Source of the DNA: an uncultured Gemmatimonadales bacterium
GTDB lineage: Bacteria; Gemmatimonadota; Gemmatimonadetes; Gemmatimonadales; GWC2-71-9
Direction of reading: 5' to 3'
Length of the DNA stretch: 64,000 nucleotides
Assembly: GCA_963795085.1 (NCBI GenBank)
Contig: CAWCFX010000006.1
Span: 512,001 to 576,000, forward strand
Shown here: in pieces, positions 31,154 through 39,529 of the stretch
How positions within the stretch are numbered: position 1 is the first letter of the stretch
Layout: each line of letters opens with the position of its first letter
The notes under the pieces: model-generated
Told to the model about the DNA's origin: nothing
Seen by the model: only the letters and a program-made list of their open reading frames with translations
Databases searched by the model: none
Position numbers and translations under genes: made by a program

Positions 31154-32267
31154 TTGCACCCAGGGGTACGCCGGTGGTGGTTCCCAATGCGGTCAGGTCG
31201 CCGTCGGAGCTCACCGAGAATGCGGAGATGGACCGGCCGGCTGCGTTCAACGTATAGAGGTACCGGTTTCCCACAAGGTCCATGTCGATGGGCCCGGCGC
31301 CGGTCTGGCCAGTCACTCCCCCGGCATCAAGCAGGCGCAGGCTGCCGTCGCGCCGGACCCGGAAGCCGGACACAGTGCCCGATCCCGTGTTGGTCACATA
31401 GGCGAAGCGGCCATCCTTGGTGAGTGCCACCCAGCACGCGGCCGTTTCGGTCGTCGCGGTCGCGGGCGAGACCCCGACCCAGCCTCCAGGACCGGAGCGG
31501 TAGCTGGACAGGACGCTCGCGTCGGCTGCGCCGCCGGCCGCCTCGGAGACCAGCAGGGCGCCGCCGGGAGCAAAGGCAAACCCGAACGGCGTGGGCGCCG
31601 CCGAGGGGGTCGTCACCGGGACGCCAAGAAGTCCCTGGGCATCCACGGGGAAAGTCACCAGGAGGTTGGTGGCTTTCTCGGTGACCACCAGGAACCGCCC
31701 GTTCGGCGAGAAGCTCGCCTGGGCCGCGTCGGGCGCAACACCGGAGAGCGCCCGCGCCGAGTTGGCGACAGGGTGAAGGGCACCGCCCACCCCGATCCGG
31801 AACCCGTTCACGCCCGGGGAAGCGCCATCGTGAAGGACGTATAGCAGGTTCCCATGCACCGCGATGGAAATGGGGAGATTTCCACCGGAAGACCAGGTCC
31901 CGATCCGGTCCAGGGTGGAGCCCTTGATCCGAAAGGCGGTGACCTGGTCGGAACCGGGATTAATGGCGAACAGCAAGCGGCGTCCTTCCACCAGCACCAG
32001 CCCTCCCTGGTTGCCCAGCCCGGTGCCGCTGCCCCGCCCCCCGGTGGAAAACCCGGCGGGCGCCGCCAGCGTTCCGTCCGGTGCGCGGGGAAAAGCGAGG
32101 ACGGCGTTATCGGTTGGGTCATTGCTGAGGACGTACACGGCGCCCGGTTCATCCGCCGCCGCGGCCGCAATGCCGAAGTCGGGGGAAACGAACGGCTCGG
32201 ACGGGCTATCGGAGCAGGCGGCCACCAGCAGCGAGGCGGGAAGCAACGCGAGCAGGATTCTTGGCAT
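31134..32267 (-). CDS. Lactonase-family 7-bladed beta-propeller lipoprotein
   Basis: Lipobox VAAC; AVYVLSN, STGGRGSG...LGNQGGL, SGGNLPISIAVHG, PFGFAF, CWVALTKDGRFAYVTN. AGGAG RBS. Confidence 0.8.
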   Translation of the reverse strand: MPRILLALLPASLLVAACSDSPSEPFVSPDFGIAAAAADEPGAVYVLSNDPTDNAVLAFPRAPDGTLAAPAGFSTGGRGSGTGLGNQGGLVLVEGRRLLFAINPGSDQVTAFRIKGSTLDRIGTWSSGGNLPISIAVHGNLLYVLHDGASPGVNGFRIGVGGALHPVANSARALSGVAPDAAQASFSPNGRFLVVTEKATNLLVTFPVDAQGLLGVPVTTPSAAPTPFGFAFAPGGALLVSEAAGGAADASVLSSYRSGPGGWVGVSPATATTETAACWVALTKDGRFAYVTNTGSGTVSGFRVRRDGSLRLLDAGGVTGQTGAGPIDMDLVGNRYLYTLNAAGRSISAFSVSSDGDLTALGTTTGVPLGANGLQAH

Positions 32268-32297
32268 GAGGCATCTCCTGGGAAAGGTTGGTCTCAG

Positions 32298-32325
32298 GAA
32301 ACGCCACCAGGCACCGATCGGATCT
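32298..32325 (-). promoter_or_regulatory. Putative ECF sigma promoter (target gene)
   Basis: Minus strand AGATCC-N16-CGTTTC; same spacing as the site upstream of the ECF sigma gene. Confidence 0.55.
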
Positions 32326-33029
32326 TACAGCTCGAGGTGGGCCAGTTCCTTGCCGCGGGGAACCTCGATGGATCCGCCGGCTGGTTCCATGGTCAGGGCT
32401 CCGCCGCGGACGGCGCGGGCGCCGGGCGGCATGTCCAGCATCAGCACCGCCGGATTGCGTTCATCGCAGATGACCTCGGCGCCGTGCACCATGCCGTCCG
32501 CGGTGATGAACCAGAAGGTATAGCGCTCGCCGGCGGGCGCCGCGGGGATACCGTGGACCACCACTTTCCACCGGTGCGTCGTCTCGTCCGCGAAGATCAG
32601 CATGCCTCCCTGTTTGCCGTCCATGGTGATGGAAGCCTGGAGGATGCGTTCCGCCTGCAGCACCGACAGCGTGTCCCGGGCGGCGGCGAGGTCCCTTTCC
32701 AGCCGGTGGAGCTCCCCGCGCTGACGCAGCGCCGCGCCGGCGAGGGCCAGCGCGGCGAGCACGGCGGCGGCAAGCGCGGGAACCAGCCAGCGAGACCGGG
32801 CCGGGCGCCGGGTCACCTGGTGCACGACCTCGCTGGTAAACCCGGGGCGCGGGGTCACCGGGGTGACGCCCATGGGAAGCCAGGCCAGGTCGCGTTCGGC
32901 AGCGGCGACCGCGTCTCGGCAGTCACCGCAGTGCGCCAGATGCGCGTGGAACAGGCGCTCCTGTGCCGCGTCAAGGACCCGGGCGGCGAATTCGTCGCGG
33001 TGCTCGATATACCAGTCGTGGGTGCTCAT
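32325..33029 (-). CDS. Anti-sigma factor, RskA-like, with ZAS zinc motif
   Basis: HLAHCGDC (H-x3-C-x2-C), one TM, coiled coil, then YTFWFI...LTMEPAGGSIEVPRG. Confidence 0.85.
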   Translation of the reverse strand: MSTHDWYIEHRDEFAARVLDAAQERLFHAHLAHCGDCRDAVAAAERDLAWLPMGVTPVTPRPGFTSEVVHQVTRRPARSRWLVPALAAAVLAALALAGAALRQRGELHRLERDLAAARDTLSVLQAERILQASITMDGKQGGMLIFADETTHRWKVVVHGIPAAPAGERYTFWFITADGMVHGAEVICDERNPAVLMLDMPPGARAVRGGALTMEPAGGSIEVPRGKELAHLEL

Positions 33030-33661
33030 ACGACCCAGTCCTTGAGTTCCGCCAGGCTGCCACGCAACCGGTCGAGAGCCAGACGCAGGCGGGTCTTCAC
33101 GGTTCCCAGGGGGATCGCCAGCCGCTCCGCCACTTCGGAATGGGAATGCCCCTCGAAGTAGGCCAGCCGGAGCGCCTGCTGCTGCTCCGCCGGCAGCTCG
33201 GCGACCGCCGAGTGGACGGCGGTATGCACGTGCCAGCCGGGAAGCGCGGCCTCGTTGGGTTCCGCCGCCGCCGTGAAGGTTTCCTGGCTGGCGGTCACCC
33301 GCTCCCCCAGCGACCAGCGGCGGCGGCGGGCCCGGAGCCGGTCAATTGCCCGGTTGCGGGCCACCTGCACCAGCCAGGCGAGCAGGCCGCGGGGGCCGTG
33401 GTCCGGCGGCGGCACTTTCTCCCAGGCGATTCGAAAGGTCTCCAGCACGATGTCCTCGGCCTCATCGGCGTCCCCCAGCATGGCCTGCACGATCCCCAGC
33501 AGCCAGGGCGAGAGCAGCTGCACCAGCTCAGCCAGCGCCTGCTCGTCCCGTGCCGCGAGCCGGGCACGTAGATCGTCCTCCCTCGCGTCGGTGATCAGGC
33601 GGGGGGTTCCCCGGCCCGGCGGCGTGCCGGTTCCGGCCTGGGAGTGGCGGGTGGAAGCCAT
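33026..33661 (-). CDS. ECF sigma-70 factor (SigK-like)
   Basis: Region 2 DEAEDIVLETFRIAW and WLVQVARNRAIDRLR; region 4 LAYFEGHSHSEVAERLAIPLGTVKTRLR. Confidence 0.92.
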   Translation of the reverse strand: MASTRHSQAGTGTPPGRGTPRLITDAREDDLRARLAARDEQALAELVQLLSPWLLGIVQAMLGDADEAEDIVLETFRIAWEKVPPPDHGPRGLLAWLVQVARNRAIDRLRARRRRWSLGERVTASQETFTAAAEPNEAALPGWHVHTAVHSAVAELPAEQQQALRLAYFEGHSHSEVAERLAIPLGTVKTRLRLALDRLRGSLAELKDWVV

Positions 33662-33672
33662 GGTCTGGCAAG

Positions 33673-33700
33673 GTAACGCCCCAGCCGGAGAGTTGGATCC
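33673..33700 (-). promoter_or_regulatory. Putative autoregulatory ECF promoter
   Basis: Minus strand GGATCC-N16-CGTTAC, ending 11 nt before the sigma ATG. Confidence 0.55.
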
Positions 33701-33733
33701 CGGCAGGGGCGAAGCGCGCTGGTGTTGAGGCGG

Positions 33734-35071
33734 CTACGACGCCGCGGTCGGGGCCGGCGGCGCTCCGCGGGCAATCGCGAAGGCCTTCTGCATGTGAGGG
33801 GGCATTTCGTCCGACTCGGGTGGTTCGCCCGCCGCGTCCATGATCTGGGTGAGGTCCACCCGGTCGTACCCGCCCGACAGCAGCACCACGAACCGCTCCC
33901 GGAGCAACGGGATCTGGCGGGCCCGGCTGATGATGTTGTTGGCGTCCTTCCGCTCCAGAATGCCGTACCAGTTGTAGATCATCTTGAAAATCGAATACAT
34001 CGGGTGCTTGATCCGGCGCTCGTAGGGCGCCAGCAGCTCGGCCGAGAACCGGTCCTGGCGGAAGCAGTCGAGAATACACTCCGAGGCGTACACCCCCCCC
34101 CGCATGGCCAGGGTCACCCCGGCCGAGAAGATCGGGTCGATGAACATCGAAGCATCCCCCACCAGGACGAAGCCGTCCCCCACGAACCGCTCGTTCAGGT
34201 AGGAGATGTTGGAAATAGTCTGCATCTCCATGGTCTGCTCCGCGCCGGCGACCCATTCGCGTACCCGGTCGCAGCTGGCGACCGCCTTGTCATAGCGCTC
34301 CTGGGGGGTATCGCCCAGGCTCTTGGCGAACTTGGCATCGAGCACCACGCCGACACTGACCACGTCGTCGGCGAGCGGGATGTACCAGACCCAGCCGCCA
34401 TCAATGGTATGGATGTCGGTGGTGGTCGAGGTGGGCATGATCTCGCCCACCGTCACCACTTCGGCCGGGTCCCGCCGGATGCCGCCCTTCACGTGGGTGA
34501 AATGAGAGATCTTGTTCAGCGTCGGATCCGGCTTGCGCCACCCCATCTTCCGGGCCACGAGGCAGTCCCTGCCGGAGGCATCCACCACCACCCGGGCGTT
34601 GATCCGGTGCGGTTCGGCGCCATTGGGCCCGGCCATCACGCCCACCGCCTGGTCCCCCTCGAAGACGACTTCCTTGACCGACCATTCCTCGCGAACCTCG
34701 GCGCCGCGCTTACGGGCGTGGTTCAGCAGGATCTCGTCAAACCGGGCCCGCTCCACGTGGTAGGTCCAGGGCCGCAGGAAACACTCCGGGTACTCGGCGG
34801 TCAGCAGTTTGACGTCTTCCTTCGCGTTGAACATCCCGAACATGATGCCCTGCTTGATGACAAACCCGGCCTGCTCGAGATCGGCCGAGATGCCGAGGCG
34901 TTCCCAGATTTCCCAGGCGCCGGGCAGCAGCGACTCGCCGATGTGGAAGCGGGGAAATTTCTCCCGCTCCAGCACCAGGACCTTGAGCCCTTCGGGCGCG
35001 AGCATGGCCGCCGTGCTGGAGCCGCCCGGGCCCCCGCCGATGACCACGACATCGAAAGTTTCCTGTTTCAT
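33734..35071 (-). CDS. Flavin-dependent halogenase-like protein 1 (PltA/CmlS type)
   Basis: GGGPGG, FPRFHIGESLLP, conserved Lys in GFVIKQG, HVERARFDEIL, WVWYIP (WxWxIP), GDASMFIDPIFSAGV. Confidence 0.8.
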   Translation of the reverse strand: MKQETFDVVVIGGGPGGSSTAAMLAPEGLKVLVLEREKFPRFHIGESLLPGAWEIWERLGISADLEQAGFVIKQGIMFGMFNAKEDVKLLTAEYPECFLRPWTYHVERARFDEILLNHARKRGAEVREEWSVKEVVFEGDQAVGVMAGPNGAEPHRINARVVVDASGRDCLVARKMGWRKPDPTLNKISHFTHVKGGIRRDPAEVVTVGEIMPTSTTTDIHTIDGGWVWYIPLADDVVSVGVVLDAKFAKSLGDTPQERYDKAVASCDRVREWVAGAEQTMEMQTISNISYLNERFVGDGFVLVGDASMFIDPIFSAGVTLAMRGGVYASECILDCFRQDRFSAELLAPYERRIKHPMYSIFKMIYNWYGILERKDANNIISRARQIPLLRERFVVLLSGGYDRVDLTQIMDAAGEPPESDEMPPHMQKAFAIARGAPPAPTAAS

Positions 35072-35120
35072 CTATTCTGCCCTTTGAGCCTTGAGAACCG
35101 GGGAAAACGACGGCGCCGCA

Positions 35121-36476
35121 CTACCCCGCTCTACTGACGGGTTCCACGATCTTGAGCGCGGACAGTGATTCCGACTTGTCCGAGATGAACTCGTCATCGG
35201 TCTCCGGGTTGAGACCGGCCTCCCGCACCATCCGCCGCAGATTATCGGACCGGTTGGTAGTCGCCGCGGCCGTCAGGGCCAGGCCCAGCTCGTTGGGGGG
35301 CATGGACAGGATGAAGTTCCGGACCCCGGCGGCATCGATGCCTTCGCCGCCGAAATCGCCGAAGGCGAGCAGCCGGGAGAACCCGTAGTACTCGAGCAGC
35401 CGGCGGCGGAACATCTCCCGGAAAAACGGTTCCCGGGCCGGCTTTTTCATGGCCTGGTCGATGGCCCAGGTGCAGACCGTGGCGTTGTACATGCCGGTGG
35501 TCACCCCCTGGGAAAAGATCGGGTCCACGAACGAGGCGGCATCGCCGATGCAGAAATAGCCGTCGCCGACCACGTTTTCGGAGTAGTAGGAGTAGTCGGG
35601 CCTGAAGAAGAGCGAATCCGGCACGTAGGTGGCACCGGCCAGCAGGTCCCGCAGATAGGGAATGCCCGTCACGGTCCGGAGGAAGTACTCCTCCTGGGCC
35701 TTCTTGTTCATTCCCTTGGTGGCGTCGGTATTGATCACCAGCCCGATGCTGGTCGTGTCGCGCAGGATAATGTGCCACGCCCACCCGTCCTTGTAGGACA
35801 GGACAAAGGTGACCGGCCGGGCCTGGTAGACCTGGTTGGCCTCATACACCTCGCGGTCGGCGCCCAGGAAGCGGGCGTTCTTGAAATATCCCCACATGCC
35901 CAGGTACTTCCCGTCTGCGCTGACCCGGCGCCGGGCATTGGCCTGGCCCGCGATCACGCCGCTGATCCCGCTGGCGTCCACCACGTAGCGGGCGACGACA
36001 CTGCCCTCCGCGCTGCTCCCTCCGCGCCGATCCTCGTAATGCACCACGGGCGCGTCTCCCCGGCTCAGGTCCACCCGGCGCACCGTAACCTCCTCGTGGA
36101 CCTGGGCGCCCACCGACTCGGCGTGGCGAAGCAGGAGATGGTCGAAGCGGTCCCGCTCCACGTGCAGGGCGGCCCGCTGGACATACCCGAACCGGTCGAA
36201 CCGGATCTGCCGGATCTTGCCGTCCCACACCACGATCCCGCCCGCCTTGGTGACGAATCGCTCGGCATCCACTTTCGCGGTCACCCCCAGTGCTTCGGCG
36301 AACTTCCAGAAATGGGGGATCAGGCTCTCGCCCACCGTGGGGCGGGGATGCCGGGCCTTCTCCAGCAGCAGGGTCTCGTAGCCTGCCCGCGCCAGGAGGT
36401 TGGCCACGCTGCTGCCCGCTGGCCCGCCGCCGATCACGACGACATCGGCCCGGGATGGAATAGTGGTGGTCGTCAC
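35121..36476 (-). CDS. Flavin-dependent halogenase-like protein 2
   Basis: Start GTG 36476; GGGPAG, HPRPTVGESLIP, RFVTKAGG, HVERDRFDHLL, WAWHII, GDAASFVDPIFSQGV. Confidence 0.75.
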   Translation of the reverse strand: MTTTTIPSRADVVVIGGGPAGSSVANLLARAGYETLLLEKARHPRPTVGESLIPHFWKFAEALGVTAKVDAERFVTKAGGIVVWDGKIRQIRFDRFGYVQRAALHVERDRFDHLLLRHAESVGAQVHEEVTVRRVDLSRGDAPVVHYEDRRGGSSAEGSVVARYVVDASGISGVIAGQANARRRVSADGKYLGMWGYFKNARFLGADREVYEANQVYQARPVTFVLSYKDGWAWHIILRDTTSIGLVINTDATKGMNKKAQEEYFLRTVTGIPYLRDLLAGATYVPDSLFFRPDYSYYSENVVGDGYFCIGDAASFVDPIFSQGVTTGMYNATVCTWAIDQAMKKPAREPFFREMFRRRLLEYYGFSRLLAFGDFGGEGIDAAGVRNFILSMPPNELGLALTAAATTNRSDNLRRMVREAGLNPETDDEFISDKSESLSALKIVEPVSRAG

Positions 36477-36490
36477 GATAGCTCGTCCGT

Positions 36491-37954
36491 TCAGAATTTC
36501 AGGGTGACTTCCGCGTACCCGAACTGCCCGGACCGGTCCGGGTAGATCGCCTGGACGACCTCGCCGGCAAACGCGTGGCCGGCATAGACGTGGAACGTGG
36601 CCAGGGCGCTGGGATCCCAGGTTACCCCGAGATCGACCAGGGTTGCCAACTGGGTTTCGCCGTTGGAGGGCCTGCCGCCGTACCCGAAGTTGCCCCGGCG
36701 GCGGAACGCGCCCGATCCGGCATACCAGAGATCGGCCGCCTCGGCGAGTTCCAGTTTTCGCAGGTCGGTCCGCAGGGATAGCTTGCCGGGCACCGGCCGG
36801 AGGATCGCCTGCAGGAACAGCTCCTTCGTGTTCATGGCATTGAAGAATGGAAACTGGGCATACTGCCGCACCGTGGTGAGCGCAGGGAAAAAGGTCCGGT
36901 GGGTGCCGTCCCCGGCATCGTCGTCGCCGGAGCCCTGGAAGTAGCCGGCGCGGATCCAGGGCCGCCAGGGCGCCCGTGGCTGGTAGCCAGCCTCGGCCGC
37001 GACGGCCCAGGCCCGATGCCGGAGCATACCCCACTCGCCGGTCTGCGCCGTTCCCCAGAGCATCAGGTCGGCGTCGCCACCTCCCAGCTTCATGGCGCGG
37101 GCGATGTGCCCCCCAAACATCGAGATGCCAATATCCTCTCCGTCGGCAGCCCGCGCCGGAGCGGGGCGGTTGTCTACTTTGGTCACCGTGTCCGCGGCAT
37201 TCCGGGAGTCACGGTAGCCGTAGAAGAAGAGGCGAACGTCGGTGCGGTCCAGCAGGGCACCCGGCTTGAGGGTAAGACTGCCGCCGCCGATCGATACTTC
37301 GCCGATCCGGTCCATGCCTTCCAGCTCGAAGCCGCCCTGCCGCGGATAGAGCAGAAGCGCAGTGGCATTAACGGGGCCCCGGGTGACCGAGGCCTGCCCC
37401 CCATCGAAGCTGCGTCCCCCGTGGCTGAAGGCGAAGGTCCCGATCAGCCGCGCGGAGAGCCGGACCCGCTTGAGCCAGTCAATCGTCGGATCCCCGCTCA
37501 TCACCTCGAGGCCGTCCAGGTATTCCATGCGGCCCAGCCGCAGAAACGTCTCGGGCCGGCTGGCGCGCAGCGTCACATACGCCTGGTTGAGAAATACCCG
37601 GCTGATATCCCGCTCCTGGTGCTGCGCGAAGTAGGTGGCCCCGAGTCCCAGGTCGCCGGCGGGCGGTGCAGCGGTCGCGTCATCGGGCAGGCCGAGCAAC
37701 GTGGAGTTCTGGAGATCCACCCGGGCATCCAGCCAGCGGGGCGCCCGGTAATTCAGCACCAGGTTGGTCCGGGCGGCCAGAAACCCGTAGCTGTTGTCAG
37801 CTGCGGACGCGGCGGGCTCGAACCAGTTCCATTGTTCGTACCGGACCCGGGAGGTCGCGTTCAGACGCACTTCATGGCGCGCCGGTGCCGGTGTCTGCGC
37901 CAGAGCCTGTCCGGCCAGGACACCCGCCATGGACAGCAACGCCAGGGTACGCAT
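36491..37954 (-). CDS. Alginate-export-family (AlgE-like) outer-membrane beta-barrel
   Basis: Signal peptide from ATG 37954; RVRYEQW, LNQAYVTL, LRLGRME, GRSFDG, GSGDDDAGDGTHRTF, C-terminal Phe (VTLKF). Confidence 0.75.
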   Translation of the reverse strand: MRTLALLSMAGVLAGQALAQTPAPARHEVRLNATSRVRYEQWNWFEPAASAADNSYGFLAARTNLVLNYRAPRWLDARVDLQNSTLLGLPDDATAAPPAGDLGLGATYFAQHQERDISRVFLNQAYVTLRASRPETFLRLGRMEYLDGLEVMSGDPTIDWLKRVRLSARLIGTFAFSHGGRSFDGGQASVTRGPVNATALLLYPRQGGFELEGMDRIGEVSIGGGSLTLKPGALLDRTDVRLFFYGYRDSRNAADTVTKVDNRPAPARAADGEDIGISMFGGHIARAMKLGGGDADLMLWGTAQTGEWGMLRHRAWAVAAEAGYQPRAPWRPWIRAGYFQGSGDDDAGDGTHRTFFPALTTVRQYAQFPFFNAMNTKELFLQAILRPVPGKLSLRTDLRKLELAEAADLWYAGSGAFRRRGNFGYGGRPSNGETQLATLVDLGVTWDPSALATFHVYAGHAFAGEVVQAIYPDRSGQFGYAEVTLKF

Positions 37955-38793
37955 CAGCGGGCCCCCGTTGAACCAGGTGGAGCCTTCGGGTGGGTCGCTT
38001 CGTGCTGCTCTTCCAGCCGGTGGACCATGGTTTCCCAGGGGAGGGCCGATGGCGACAGGCCCAGCTCGGTCAGCACCCTCTCCTTGAGAGCCACCAGCAT
38101 GAGGCTGGACATGATCCGGGGCTGCGGAATATTTACTTCGACGACGCACTTGACCCGGCCGGGCCGAGGCGTCATGACATAGATCCGGTCGGCGAGGTGA
38201 AGAGCTTCCTCGACATCGTGGGTCACCAGCAGGCAGGTATGCCGGTCCTGCGCCAGGATGCGGAGGAGCTCGCCGCGCATCTTCATCTTGGTCAGTGCAT
38301 CCAGCGCCCCGAATGGCTCGTCCATGTAGAGCAGGTCAGGCTTGGCCATCAGGGCGCGGGCCACCTCCACCCGCTGCAGCATACCGCCGGAGAGCTCGTG
38401 GGGATAGCGGCCTTCGAAGCCTTCGAGGCCGACCAGTTCGATGTAGTGCCGGGTCAACCGCTGCCGCTCGGCATCCGGACTGCCGTTGAGTGCCAGCTCC
38501 AGGTTGCGGCCCACCGTCATCCACGGAAAGACCGACCCCCGCTGGGTGATCATGATACCCCGGCGGCTGGGCTCCCCCACCGGGCGGCCGCCCACCAGCA
38601 CCTCGCCCCGGTCCGGCTGGTCGAACCCGGCGATCATGTTGAGCAGGGTGGATTTGCCGCAGCCCGATGCGCCGACGATGGCGACGAACTCCCCGTCCGC
38701 CACGGTGAGCGACATGTCCTCGAGAGCGGAGATCTGGCCCTCCGAGGTGGGAAAAGTCTTGTAGACGCCCTGGACAGAAATACTAGCGCCCAT
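37954..38793 (-). CDS. ABC transporter ATPase (TauB/SsuB/NrtD family)
   Basis: GASGCGKST, FPWMTV, YPHELSGGMLQRV, YMDEPFGALD, VTHDVEEA. Confidence 0.95.
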   Translation of the reverse strand: MGASISVQGVYKTFPTSEGQISALEDMSLTVADGEFVAIVGASGCGKSTLLNMIAGFDQPDRGEVLVGGRPVGEPSRRGIMITQRGSVFPWMTVGRNLELALNGSPDAERQRLTRHYIELVGLEGFEGRYPHELSGGMLQRVEVARALMAKPDLLYMDEPFGALDALTKMKMRGELLRILAQDRHTCLLVTHDVEEALHLADRIYVMTPRPGRVKCVVEVNIPQPRIMSSLMLVALKERVLTELGLSPSALPWETMVHRLEEQHEATHPKAPPGSTGAR

Positions 38794-39529
38794 TGGCGTA
38801 CCTCCAGCGAACTTCTTTCAGGGTCTCCAGTTGGCGCATCAGGATATCCAGCAGGAACCCGATCACGCCGATGATCACCATGCCCGCGACCACGAGGTCA
38901 TAGCGCATCCCGGCATTCCGGGAGTCGATGATCAGGTATCCCAGCCCCGAATTGATGGCGACCATCTCGGCCGCAACCACCACCAGCCAGGCCACACCCA
39001 GCGCCACCCGCATTCCGGTAATGATCTGGGGAAGGGCCCCCGGGAAGATCACGGTGGTGAACAGCTTGAGCCCGGAAATGCCGAAATTCTTGGCGGCCCG
39101 GATGTACTGCCGCTCCACCAGGTGCACACCGGCCGTGGTGGACACCGCGATGGGGAAAAAGGAGGCCAGGAAGATCAGGAAGATGGGCGAGGCATCGCTG
39201 ACGCCGAACCAGAGGATCGCGAGCGGAATCCAGGCGATGGGCGAGATCGGCCGCAGCATCTGGATCAGGGGATTGAGCGCGCTGAAGGCCCGGCCGTACC
39301 AGCCCATGGCGATCCCGATGGGTACCGCGGTCAGCACCGCGAGACCGTAGCCGGCCGTCACCCGGTAGAGCGAGGCGGCGATATGCTGGGTCAGCGTGCC
39401 CTCTTCCCAGAGCGCACGGATCCCGGTCACCACCGCCAGCGGGGTCGGAAAGATGATGCTGCCGCTGGCCGCGATCCACCAGAGACCCAGCAGCGCGGCG
39501 ATGACCAGAACCGGCAGCAGCCGGTTCAT
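38783..39529 (-). CDS. ABC transporter permease (TauC/SsuC/NrtB family)
   Basis: Six TMs; LRPISPIAWIP, YIRAAKNFG, WLVVVAAEM, GLGYLI. Confidence 0.95.
   Translation of the reverse strand: MNRLLPVLVIAALLGLWWIAASGSIIFPTPLAVVTGIRALWEEGTLTQHIAASLYRVTAGYGLAVLTAVPIGIAMGWYGRAFSALNPLIQMLRPISPIAWIPLAILWFGVSDASPIFLIFLASFFPIAVSTTAGVHLVERQYIRAAKNFGISGLKLFTTVIFPGALPQIITGMRVALGVAWLVVVAAEMVAINSGLGYLIIDSRNAGMRYDLVVAGMVIIGVIGFLLDILMRQLETLKEVRWRYANGR

Noticed and set aside
33734..36476. Tryptophan halogenase (prnA/rebH) call
   Set aside because: Length (about 450 aa) and the PRxxxGESLxP and FxDPxFSxG motifs fit the PltA/CmlS-type group, not free-Trp halogenases.
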